Shown in pieces: positions 34,797-43,135 of a DNA stretch of 64,000 nucleotides. The position numbers and the translations under genes are program-made. The stretch is from Myxococcota bacterium (GTDB lineage Bacteria > Myxococcota_A > Polyangia > Nannocystales > Nannocystaceae): NCBI GenBank assembly GCA_039028615.1, contig JBCCHT010000012.1, positions 194,465-258,464 of the forward strand. Direction: 5' to 3'. The notes under the pieces were generated by a model. The model searched no databases and was not told the origin of the DNA. It worked only from the letters and a program-made list of their open reading frames with translations. Each line of letters starts with the position of its first letter. The stretch's first letter is position 1.

Positions 34797-35753
34797 ATGC
34801 CTTTGTCTTCCTTACGGCCCTGGGGAATCGTGTTCTCGACCCTCGCGGCCGGCTGCGTCGCGACGTCGCCCGAAGATCCCGAGTCGACGTTCGGGGGCTC
34901 CTCGGCCACATCGGCCGCAGCGACGGACAACGGCTCCGGTAGCTCACCCACGACCGGCGTGAACCCGTCCGTCGACGGCACCATGGGCGGCTCCTCGAGC
35001 GACGACGGCTCCGGCCTCGTGCTCGACGTCGGCCCCGGGGACATCGGCAGCACGCCCCCCGAAGTCGCCGAGGTCTTCGGGCACAGCGGCAGCGAGCTGT
35101 ACCGCCTCGACGTCGACACCAACGAAGTCACCAGCGTCGGTCCCTTCGACGGCTGCACCGCCTCGATCATCGACATCGCCCTCGACGCGGACTCGCAGAT
35201 GTTCGGCACCGCCTTCGGCTCCCTGTGGTCCATCGATCGCCTCACCGGGGACTGCACCATGATCGCCGAGGGCAGCTACCCCACCTCCCTGTCCTTCGTC
35301 CCCGCCGGCACCGTCGACCCCGATCGCGAGGCCCTCGTGGGCTTCGTCGACGACGAGTACATCCGCATCGACGAGCAGACCGGCCAGATCACCCCCCTCG
35401 GCACCTTGACCGACGGCCTCGAATCCAGCGGCGACATGGTCTCCGTCATCGGCGGCGGCAGCTTCCTCACCGTGGTCGGACCGGGCTGCGACGCGGGCGA
35501 CTGCATCATCGAGATCGACCCGTCGAACGGCGCCGTCCTGCAGAACTTCGGGCCCCTGCCCTACACCCAGGTCTTCGGCCTCGCCTTCTGGGCCGGCCGT
35601 GCCTACGGCTTCGCCCGCGAAGGCGTGCTCTTCGAGATCGAGTTCGACGGCGGCAGCGTCACCACCACCGTCATCCCCTTCCCCGTCGCCCCACCCGACC
35701 TCGAGTTCTTCGGCGCCGGATCGACGACGGCGGCTCCGCCCGCCGAAGGGTGA
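34797..35753 (+). CDS. Lipoprotein with probable beta-propeller
   Basis: Lipobox AAGC, Ser/Thr/Gly linker, repeated LYRLD, LWSID, YIRID and IIEID blades. Confidence 0.72.
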   Translation: MPLSSLRPWGIVFSTLAAGCVATSPEDPESTFGGSSATSAAATDNGSGSSPTTGVNPSVDGTMGGSSSDDGSGLVLDVGPGDIGSTPPEVAEVFGHSGSELYRLDVDTNEVTSVGPFDGCTASIIDIALDADSQMFGTAFGSLWSIDRLTGDCTMIAEGSYPTSLSFVPAGTVDPDREALVGFVDDEYIRIDEQTGQITPLGTLTDGLESSGDMVSVIGGGSFLTVVGPGCDAGDCIIEIDPSNGAVLQNFGPLPYTQVFGLAFWAGRAYGFAREGVLFEIEFDGGSVTTTVIPFPVAPPDLEFFGAGSTTAAPPAEG

Positions 35754-35768
35754 CCCGCCCGAGGGTCG

Positions 35769-37067
35769 TCAGTCGGCGACGGCGACGTAGCTGGGGCCGA
35801 CCTCGTCTTGCCAGGGGATCACCACCGACTCCTTCCCGTCGAGGCTCGCGACCTGTAGTTCGTTGGTGCCGGGTAGAGGCACGAACGCCAGCTCATCGGC
35901 CACGCTGAGCGCCACGCCGAGCGGGAAGCTGGTGCCCTTGGTGATGATCTGCCACCCGTCGATCGGAGTGCCGTCTTCACCGATGGTCTCGCGCCATAGG
36001 GTGGTGGTGATGAAGTCGGTGGAGGTCAGCAGGACGTCGTCGGTGCCGGGGATGCTGGCGACGGCGTAGAAGCTCCCGAGCGCGGCGGGGCCCTCGACGA
36101 CCTGGACGAGCGCAGCGGGATCGCTGACGTCGAGCACGACGTAGTTGGAGGGGTTGAGCGAATTGGTGGCGACGGCGAAGGTGGTGCCGGGGATGAAGGC
36201 CACGTCCGAAGGGTCGGAGCCGATCTCGAGCGGCGGCGACAAGGTCCCGGCCGGGTCGCCGACCTCGAAGGCACGGATGGCCCCGGTATCGACGACGTTG
36301 AGCAGGCCGACGTTGCCCTCGGAGTCGAGGCTGACCTGCTCCGGCCGTACGCCGACCTCGACCTCGTCGAGCACGGTATTGGTCTCGAGATCGATGACCG
36401 ACAGGGTGCTGCCCGCAGGATCGTCGAGCCCGTAGTTGGCGGTGAAGGCCCGCGTGCCGTCGGGGGTGATGGCAATCCCCATGGGCACGTGCATGGTCGC
36501 GATCTCGGTGACCTCTTCGGTCTCGAGGTCGACGACGAGCAGCGTTCCGTCTTGCTCCACGTCGCCGGCATCGATGAGGTTGCCGACGAAGCCCGCGAAG
36601 AACCCAGGCGAGATGCTGACGACGGCCCGAGTCGACCCGGGTACGAGTTCCACCTGCAGCGGGCCAGGAGCGTACTCGGAGAGGTCGAGGGTGCGAGCGA
36701 CGATCTCGTCGCGGGTCCGAGCCCCGGAGGCGAGCGCATCGAGATCGATGACGGACAGGCTCCGGGCCTTCCAATCGGCGGTCACGGCCACGCGAGCGGG
36801 CAAGGGCACCTCGCCCGTGCTCTCGCCAGCGGTCGTGTCGGCCCCGGTCGCCATGCCGCTGCTGCTGCTGGTCCCGCCCGAGGACGAGCTCGTGGACGCC
36901 GCAGTCTCGGCGGCGGTGGTGTCGGAGCCCGTGGAGCCCTGAGCTCCCCCTCCGTCGTCGCTGGGGCAACCGAACCCCAGCACCAGCGACGACACCATGC
37001 CGGTGCGCACCAGGCCGAAATGGGACCCTTGGCGGGCGGTCGAGACGAGCCGATCGACGGTGACCAT
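35769..37067 (-). CDS. YVTN/YncE-like beta-propeller lipoprotein
   Basis: Lipobox GFGC, PMGIAITPDGTRAFTAN, TLSVIDLET...VGVRPEQV. Start approximate. Confidence 0.75.
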   Translation of the reverse strand: MVTVDRLVSTARQGSHFGLVRTGMVSSLVLGFGCPSDDGGGAQGSTGSDTTAAETAASTSSSSGGTSSSSGMATGADTTAGESTGEVPLPARVAVTADWKARSLSVIDLDALASGARTRDEIVARTLDLSEYAPGPLQVELVPGSTRAVVSISPGFFAGFVGNLIDAGDVEQDGTLLVVDLETEEVTEIATMHVPMGIAITPDGTRAFTANYGLDDPAGSTLSVIDLETNTVLDEVEVGVRPEQVSLDSEGNVGLLNVVDTGAIRAFEVGDPAGTLSPPLEIGSDPSDVAFIPGTTFAVATNSLNPSNYVVLDVSDPAALVQVVEGPAALGSFYAVASIPGTDDVLLTSTDFITTTLWRETIGEDGTPIDGWQIITKGTSFPLGVALSVADELAFVPLPGTNELQVASLDGKESVVIPWQDEVGPSYVAVAD

Positions 37068-37252
37068 CCCTCCGAGGATCGGCGGCTGTGGCGTCCAACG
37101 CAAATGCCACGAAGCTCCCTCGCGAGCGGGTGAGGGTACGGCCGGTCTCGTGTTCGATTGTGCAAGTTGCCCAAGCGCGTGGCCGCATGGTGCGCTGGGG
37201 CGGGCCAACGATGGAAGTTTCTCGCCGTGAGCGTTACTCTGGTCCGGCTGTG

Positions 37253-38854
37253 ATGCGGAAAACGAGTTGGAACCCGAGGTTGGTCGTGACCTTCGGCGGA
37301 GCGCTGGCTCTGACCGGCTGCAAGGACACCACCGACCCTGCACCCGCCCAGGACACGGGCGTCGCCACCGAGACCAACGACGACGAGAACGACTCGAGCG
37401 GGAGCACGGTCGACGACAGCGGCAGCACGGGCGAGGACGACCCGAACCGGGCCGAGGTCGTCCACAGCTTCGGCGAGTACGTGCTCAGCCCGCACGAAGA
37501 GATTCAGCCCTGCATCCAGTGGACGCTGAACAACGAGCGGCCCATCTACATCCAGGCGGTCACGCTGGCCAACCAGGGCGGCTACCACCACTCCAACTGG
37601 TTCGTGGTGCCCGACGATCTATACGAGGGTGAGGACGGGTTCTTCGACTGCTCGGACCGCGGCTTCACCGAGCTCGACGCCGCGATCCAGGGCACGGTGC
37701 TCACCGCTCAGTCGACGCAGTCTCGATACGAGCGCATGGAACTGCCGCCGGGTGTGGTCATCAAGGCGCCGCCCCGCCACAAGATCATCGCGGGCGGCCA
37801 CCTGCTCAACCTGGCCAACGGCGACTACGCCACCGAGCTGCGCATGGGCCTGGACATCATCCACCCGTCGGAGGTCGATGTGGTCGCAGCTCCGTTCCGG
37901 CTCACGTACTTCGATCTCCAGATCCCGGGCTTCACCGAGGCTCGCTTCACGGCCAGCTGCAACCTGGCCGACGCCTACGAGACGGCTGCGGCTCGCCCCA
38001 TCGATCTGAAGCTCTACTACGTGCTGCCGCACTACCACTACCTGGGCAACTTCTTCGACCTCACCATCTCCGGGGGTCCGCAAGACGGGGAGAGCGTGTT
38101 CCGCCTCGATGGCTTCAACGCCGACGCATCGGGCCGCCCCTACCCCGAGCCCATCGACCTGACCGGCGCCGAGGGCTTCACCTTCACCTGCGGCTTCAAC
38201 AACTGGACCGATCAGCAAGTCGGCTGGGGTATCGGCGACCAAGAGATGTGCGTGATGCTCGGGCTCGCCGATTCGCGCGTGATCATGGACGGCTCGGCGT
38301 ACAACAACGAGATCGTGGGCACCGACGGCGAGATCCTGCTCAACGAGTCCAGCTGTGACGTGCTCGGCCTGCAAAAGAACGCCGCGCAGACCCTGCCCGA
38401 AGACGACGAGCTCACCGCCCCGCTGTACATCCCGCCCTCGGACCCCGGCGACGACGGCTTGCCACCCGTAGACGAGTGCAAGGACACGCCCGCCGACGCC
38501 GCCCCGGCCGGAGAGGCGACGCTCACTCGGCTGCGAGAGACGCTGTTCGTCTCCACCTGCCAGTTCTCCTCGTGTCACTCGGGCGCCAACGCCTCGGCGG
38601 GGCTCGACCTGGCCGCCGACAACCTCCACACCACGCTGCTCGAGCACGAGGTCACGGGGGCGACGAGCCTGCCGCTGATCGCTCCGGGCGACCCCGAAGG
38701 CAGCTGGCTGTATCAGCGGGTGGCGTACTGCAACCCCACCGACGACGCGGGCAACCCGGTGAGCCACATGCCGCTCAACTCGCCCGAGCTGTCCAACCCC
38801 GAGCTGGTGGCCACGCTCCGCGACTGGATCCAGGCCGGCGCTCAGGACAACTGA
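37253..38854 (+). CDS. Copper type II (PHM/DBH-like) monooxygenase lipoprotein with C-terminal heme-c-like domain
   Basis: Lipobox LTGC, YHHS and GGHLLN (CuH-like), PHYHYLG and DQEMC (CuM-like), CQFSSCH...MP...LRDWIQAGA. Confidence 0.72.
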   Translation: MRKTSWNPRLVVTFGGALALTGCKDTTDPAPAQDTGVATETNDDENDSSGSTVDDSGSTGEDDPNRAEVVHSFGEYVLSPHEEIQPCIQWTLNNERPIYIQAVTLANQGGYHHSNWFVVPDDLYEGEDGFFDCSDRGFTELDAAIQGTVLTAQSTQSRYERMELPPGVVIKAPPRHKIIAGGHLLNLANGDYATELRMGLDIIHPSEVDVVAAPFRLTYFDLQIPGFTEARFTASCNLADAYETAAARPIDLKLYYVLPHYHYLGNFFDLTISGGPQDGESVFRLDGFNADASGRPYPEPIDLTGAEGFTFTCGFNNWTDQQVGWGIGDQEMCVMLGLADSRVIMDGSAYNNEIVGTDGEILLNESSCDVLGLQKNAAQTLPEDDELTAPLYIPPSDPGDDGLPPVDECKDTPADAAPAGEATLTRLRETLFVSTCQFSSCHSGANASAGLDLAADNLHTTLLEHEVTGATSLPLIAPGDPEGSWLYQRVAYCNPTDDAGNPVSHMPLNSPELSNPELVATLRDWIQAGAQDN

Positions 38855-38900
38855 GCGGCAGCACGCAGGTGACGGCCCGGCTCGCTGGACGAGTCGGGCC

Positions 38901-39428
38901 TCACTTTTGGTTCGCGAACTCGATGCAGGACTCCGGCGGGCACGGCCGGTCGTGGCCCGTGTACTCCTGCGCTTCGGTGAGCATCACGTGGGCTCCATCG
39001 GGGCACCGCGCCAGCAGCGTGGGCTTTTCGAGGGTCATGGCACCGATGGTCAGCGGCCCTTCGATGTCGGCCAGCTCCTCGCGGTAGGAGCTCATGTTCA
39101 TGGGGCAGCCCATGGGCCACTGCTCGCGGGGTCGCGGAGTGTACTTGCTGGTGGTGGCCGTGCCGTCGACGGTCACCGTGATGCTCGTGGCCTCGCGGTC
39201 AATCTTCACCGTGACCGCAGGCACGGGCACGGCGTCGGCCTTCGCTTCACTGCCCGCTTCGGCTTTGGCGTCGCCCTTCGCGTTACCGCCCGCCTCGGTC
39301 TTCGTGTCGCCCTCGTCGGGCGGCGGCACCACTGCATACTCACCGCTTCGAAGCTCGGCGTAGTGCGACTCGCACCCGGCGACCACGAACATCACGAACA
39401 TCGACGCGACAAGCCGAGCGGAGTGCAT
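38901..39428 (-). CDS. Hypothetical lipoprotein
   Basis: Lipobox VAGC, Ala/Glu/Lys linker, four further Cys. Confidence 0.65.
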   Translation of the reverse strand: MHSARLVASMFVMFVVAGCESHYAELRSGEYAVVPPPDEGDTKTEAGGNAKGDAKAEAGSEAKADAVPVPAVTVKIDREATSITVTVDGTATTSKYTPRPREQWPMGCPMNMSSYREELADIEGPLTIGAMTLEKPTLLARCPDGAHVMLTEAQEYTGHDRPCPPESCIEFANQK

Positions 39429-39472
39429 GACTCCACTCTATCAGCCGTACGCCGTCGCTTCGCGCCCCGCGT

Positions 39473-40003
39473 TCAGACGCAGACCATGGCCTCGCCGAGC
39501 GCCAGGCACTCCATGCCCAGGGGGCAGGTGGCGTCCATCGAGCAGGCCAGCGCGCAGACCTGGGCCCCGGTGGCATCTTCGACGCACGCCGGGGCGGCGG
39601 TGGCCGTGGCTCCCGGGTTGGCGGCGCAGTCACTCGCGGGAGCCTTGCAGCCCGCGCTGGTGCAGAACCCGGTCGACGCGCCACCGACGAGGACGCAGCT
39701 GGTCAGCCCGATGCAATCGGTATTGGTCAAGCACTCGGAGTACATGCCGTCTTCGGGCTGCTCGTCGGCGGGGTCACCCGTCGCACCCCCCGAGGTCTCG
39801 ACGTCACCGGTCGCGACCTGGGTCTCCGAGTCTTCCGGGGCATCGTCGCCCGTCGCTTCGGCGCTGGAGTTCGACCCCATCGAGTCCGGATCGGAGGTGG
39901 GATCGGCGAAGGTCGTGGCAACGTCTTCGGTGTCGACGTTGCAAGCAAAGGACATGGCTCCGGCGACCACGAGCAAACGAAAGCCAAGAAAACGGGCCGG
40001 CAT
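39473..40003 (-). CDS. Cys-rich lipoprotein
   Basis: Lipobox SFAC, acidic linker, C-terminal Cys-rich module ending CPLGMEC...VCV. Confidence 0.7.
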   Translation of the reverse strand: MPARFLGFRLLVVAGAMSFACNVDTEDVATTFADPTSDPDSMGSNSSAEATGDDAPEDSETQVATGDVETSGGATGDPADEQPEDGMYSECLTNTDCIGLTSCVLVGGASTGFCTSAGCKAPASDCAANPGATATAAPACVEDATGAQVCALACSMDATCPLGMECLALGEAMVCV

Positions 40004-40152
40004 GGGCTGGAGTATGGCGTCAGGTCCGAGACCAGACAAACGCGGCGCACGATGGCTCTACGAGCGGCTCGCGGTGTGATCTGGAGCATGGCCAGGCGCT
40101 CACGGCGTCCGACGGAACGCGATGACCCGACAGACGGCCACCGGTTGCCCGC

Positions 40153-40632
40153 TCAGCGCTCGAGATGTGACTCGGCCTCGTGAAAGCTCAGCGCCGTTTC
40201 GTACAGTCGCCGCCGCGTGGCCCCACCGACCTCGAGCGAGTCGAGGGCCTGCGGTAGGTCTTGCCAGGCATAGGCATCGAGCTTCGCACCGAACCATGCG
40301 ACCGCCATCGCCCACCCTCGCGTGATTCGATTGTCGGTCAACACCACCGAAGCCGAACGCGCCCGCATCGCCGCGTTCGTGAAGCGTCGGCGTTGGCCGG
40401 CGTCGATCGTGACCGCTCCCACGCTCAAGAGCAGACAGTGCTTGGGCCTGCGCTCCGCGAGCACGTCCAAGTAGCTACGCCAGGTCTGCTCCGGCACGGT
40501 GCCGGGCAGCGTCAGCGAAGCGAGCACCCCATCGACCAAGCGCCAGCGATGAGGCGAGGGCCGACCCCTCTGTTCGAAGCCCCCCGGCTCGTCGGGTTCC
40601 TCATATTCCGCCAGCTCTTGTAAGGGGTTCAC
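40153..40632 (-). CDS. STAS/SEC14 (SpoIIAA)-like myxobacterial protein
   Basis: IDAGQRRR, VVLTDNRITRGWAMAVAWFG, ALDSL pattern. Confidence 0.55.
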   Translation of the reverse strand: MNPLQELAEYEEPDEPGGFEQRGRPSPHRWRLVDGVLASLTLPGTVPEQTWRSYLDVLAERRPKHCLLLSVGAVTIDAGQRRRFTNAAMRARSASVVLTDNRITRGWAMAVAWFGAKLDAYAWQDLPQALDSLEVGGATRRRLYETALSFHEAESHLER

Positions 40633-40896
40633 TTATCTTCAGATGATACCGGAGAGGGTCGGGTCGGATCGGCCCAATCATGGCCGAAAGAGCATTCAGG
40701 TGGCGCTCGGGTGCCGTTGTGCTCGATTGCGCGAGTCTCGGGCGCTCGACTGCGAACTAGAATGCAACGATTATATATTAATATGAACTACCAATATTTC
40801 ACAGTCATGGTACAGTGCTTCCAGTCGCGTCACGGCACGGTGTTCGCCTTGGTGGGGTGGGCTTCGGTGACGCGATCGTTCTTCTTCGCTGAGTGT

Positions 40897-40970
40897 CGCC
40901 CCGTCGCGACGTCGTAGCGGTCCGTTATCGGGGGGTAACCCGGGCCCAACGTCGTGACGGGGCGTTGTTT
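40897..40970 (+). other. Long plus-strand hairpin followed by TTGTTT (terminator of a candidate sRNA or leader)
   Basis: 16-bp stem 40897-40912/40949-40964 with one G-U pair, inner GTTATC-GGGG-GGTAAC stem-loop. Confidence 0.45.
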
Positions 40971-41080
40971 CGTGCGCTCGTCGATCGCACCGCAAAGGCG
41001 TGACACGGTGCGAGGAAACGCGGATCCGTGGGTGATCTACGGCAACGAGGGATGCTGTACATTGCGGACCTCGTATCGCC

Positions 41081-43135
41081 GTGCCCCGTCATCGCCCTAA
41101 GGCATCGCCTCCCGCCGACATCGACCTCAACCCGCGGACCGATCCGCCGCTGGACTTCCCGGTCCGCACGCTCGAGGAGATGACGCCTCGGGACTACGAA
41201 ATCCTGGGGTTCATGTGCGGGCTCGAGGTGCATCAGCAGCTCGATACCCGCGGCAAGCTGTTCTGTCGCTGCCCCGCAGGCGTCCGTACCGACCGCGTCG
41301 ACGCCGAGGTGCTCCGCCACATGCGGCCCACGCTGAGCGAGCTGGGCGAGTACGACGGTACCGCGTTGATGGAGTTTCGGACCCGCAAGGAGATCGTGTA
41401 CCTGCTCGATCGCCGTACGGTCTGCACCTACGAGATCGACGACACCCCGCCCTTTCCCATCGACGACGAGGCCGTTCGCTACGCGCTCGAGGTGGCGAGC
41501 CTGTACGGGCTCGATCGCGTCTCCGAGCTGCAGGTGATGCGCAAGCAATACCTCGACGGCTCGATCCCCACCGGCTTCCAGCGCACGGCCATGGTGGCGC
41601 TCGCGGGCTCGCTGCCCTTCCCGGACAGCGAGCTCGGCTCCGACCGCGTGCTGCGAATTCGCCAGCTGACGCTCGAAGAAGACTCGTGCCGCGAGGTCTC
41701 CGACCAGGGGCACCGCGTCGTGTTCCGCACCGATCGCCTCGGCATGCCGCTGACGGAGACGGTCACCGAGCCCGACCTGCTCACCCCGCGCGACGTATTG
41801 ACGGGCGGGCGCCTGCTGGCCCGGGTCGCCCGCGCCACCGGTCGCGTCCGTCGGGGCCCCGGCTCGGCTCGGCAGGACGTCAACGTGTCGATCGCGGGCA
41901 GCCGCCGGGTGGAGATCAAGGGGGTCTGCCAGCACAAGGTGCTGCCGCGGCTGGTCCACATCGAGGCCTATCGCCACCTCGAGCTGCTGCGTATCCGGGC
42001 CGAGCTGCGGCGCCGCGGCGTGACCGAGCCGATGCTCGAGCTGACGAAGCTCGATCCGCCTTGGGACAGCCCCCTGGCCATCGACGCTCGCTCGTTGCTC
42101 CGCGCGTCCCCGGCCACGCCGCTCTGCGAGGCGCGCGAGCGCAGCGACATGATCGCCGCCGTGCGCCTGCCCGGGTTCGCGGGGATGCTCAGCCACCGCA
42201 CGCAGCCGGGCCGCTGCTTCGACCACGAAATCTCCGAGCGCTTGCGAGTCATCGCCTGCCTGACCGCACGCCCCTTCATGACCCACTCCGACGCCGACGA
42301 CGGCATGCTGCGCGACTCCGAGTGGCAGCAGCTTCGCGCGGCCCTGCGCGCGGAGTCGGGCGATGCAGTGGTGGTGGTCTGGGGCCCCGAGGCGGACGTC
42401 GAGACGGCCGTGGAGGAGATCGTCGGCCGTAGTCGCGAGGCCCTCATCGGCGTGCCCTCGGAGACCCGCCAGGCGCACGGCAACGGCACGACCGGGTTCG
42501 AGCGCATCCTGCCCGGACCGGAGCGCATGTACCCGGACACCGATACTCCGCCCTGGCCCGTGCCCGACACATGGCTGGCCGAGATCGATGCCGATCCGCC
42601 CGAGCGCCCCCACGATCGAGAGCAGCGCTACATCGCGGGCGGGCTCACCCGTCGGGCCGCGCAGGCGCTGATGGACCTCGAGCTCGCCGGGCTCTTCGAC
42701 GCGCTCGCCCCCACCACCGAGGTCGGTCGCCGCCGCCTCGCCTCCGCGCTGGAGTGCCGGGTGGTGGCATGGTGGCGTGAGATCGGGTCCCGCCCCACGC
42801 CCAAGGCCGAGCGCCTGCGCCCGCTGGTCGACGCGGTGGACTCCGAAGCGCTGCGAGCCGAGGCCTACGACGCGGTCTTCGACGCGCTGCTGCGCGACAC
42901 CCAGACCGAGCCCGCCGCGATCGTGGCCCGCCGCCTCGAGGGCAAAGACGCGCTCGGCGACCTGCAGCGCGCCATCGACGAGCTGCAGCCGCGCCTGGCC
43001 ACCATGCGCTTTTCCTCCGCCGAGGCCCGCCTGCGCTGGGCCTTCGGCCAGGTGATGCCCGTCGTGCTCGGGCGCCTGTCCCCCGACATCGTCCGCGAAA
43101 AGCTCGTCGCCGCCCTCGGAGGCCCGAACCAATGA
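41081..43135 (+). CDS. gatE: Glu-tRNA(Gln) amidotransferase subunit E (archaeal-type)
   Basis: GLEVHQQLDT-KLFCRCP, RPTLSELGE, MRK..LDGS..TGFQRT, LEED, DRLGMPL, RQDVNVSI..RVEIKGV, AspRS-like insertion (RLPGFAG..QPGR..HSD), GVPSETR...LPGPERMYPDTD. Confidence 0.93.
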   Translation: MPRHRPKASPPADIDLNPRTDPPLDFPVRTLEEMTPRDYEILGFMCGLEVHQQLDTRGKLFCRCPAGVRTDRVDAEVLRHMRPTLSELGEYDGTALMEFRTRKEIVYLLDRRTVCTYEIDDTPPFPIDDEAVRYALEVASLYGLDRVSELQVMRKQYLDGSIPTGFQRTAMVALAGSLPFPDSELGSDRVLRIRQLTLEEDSCREVSDQGHRVVFRTDRLGMPLTETVTEPDLLTPRDVLTGGRLLARVARATGRVRRGPGSARQDVNVSIAGSRRVEIKGVCQHKVLPRLVHIEAYRHLELLRIRAELRRRGVTEPMLELTKLDPPWDSPLAIDARSLLRASPATPLCEARERSDMIAAVRLPGFAGMLSHRTQPGRCFDHEISERLRVIACLTARPFMTHSDADDGMLRDSEWQQLRAALRAESGDAVVVVWGPEADVETAVEEIVGRSREALIGVPSETRQAHGNGTTGFERILPGPERMYPDTDTPPWPVPDTWLAEIDADPPERPHDREQRYIAGGLTRRAAQALMDLELAGLFDALAPTTEVGRRRLASALECRVVAWWREIGSRPTPKAERLRPLVDAVDSEALRAEAYDAVFDALLRDTQTEPAAIVARRLEGKDALGDLQRAIDELQPRLATMRFSSAEARLRWAFGQVMPVVLGRLSPDIVREKLVAALGGPNQ

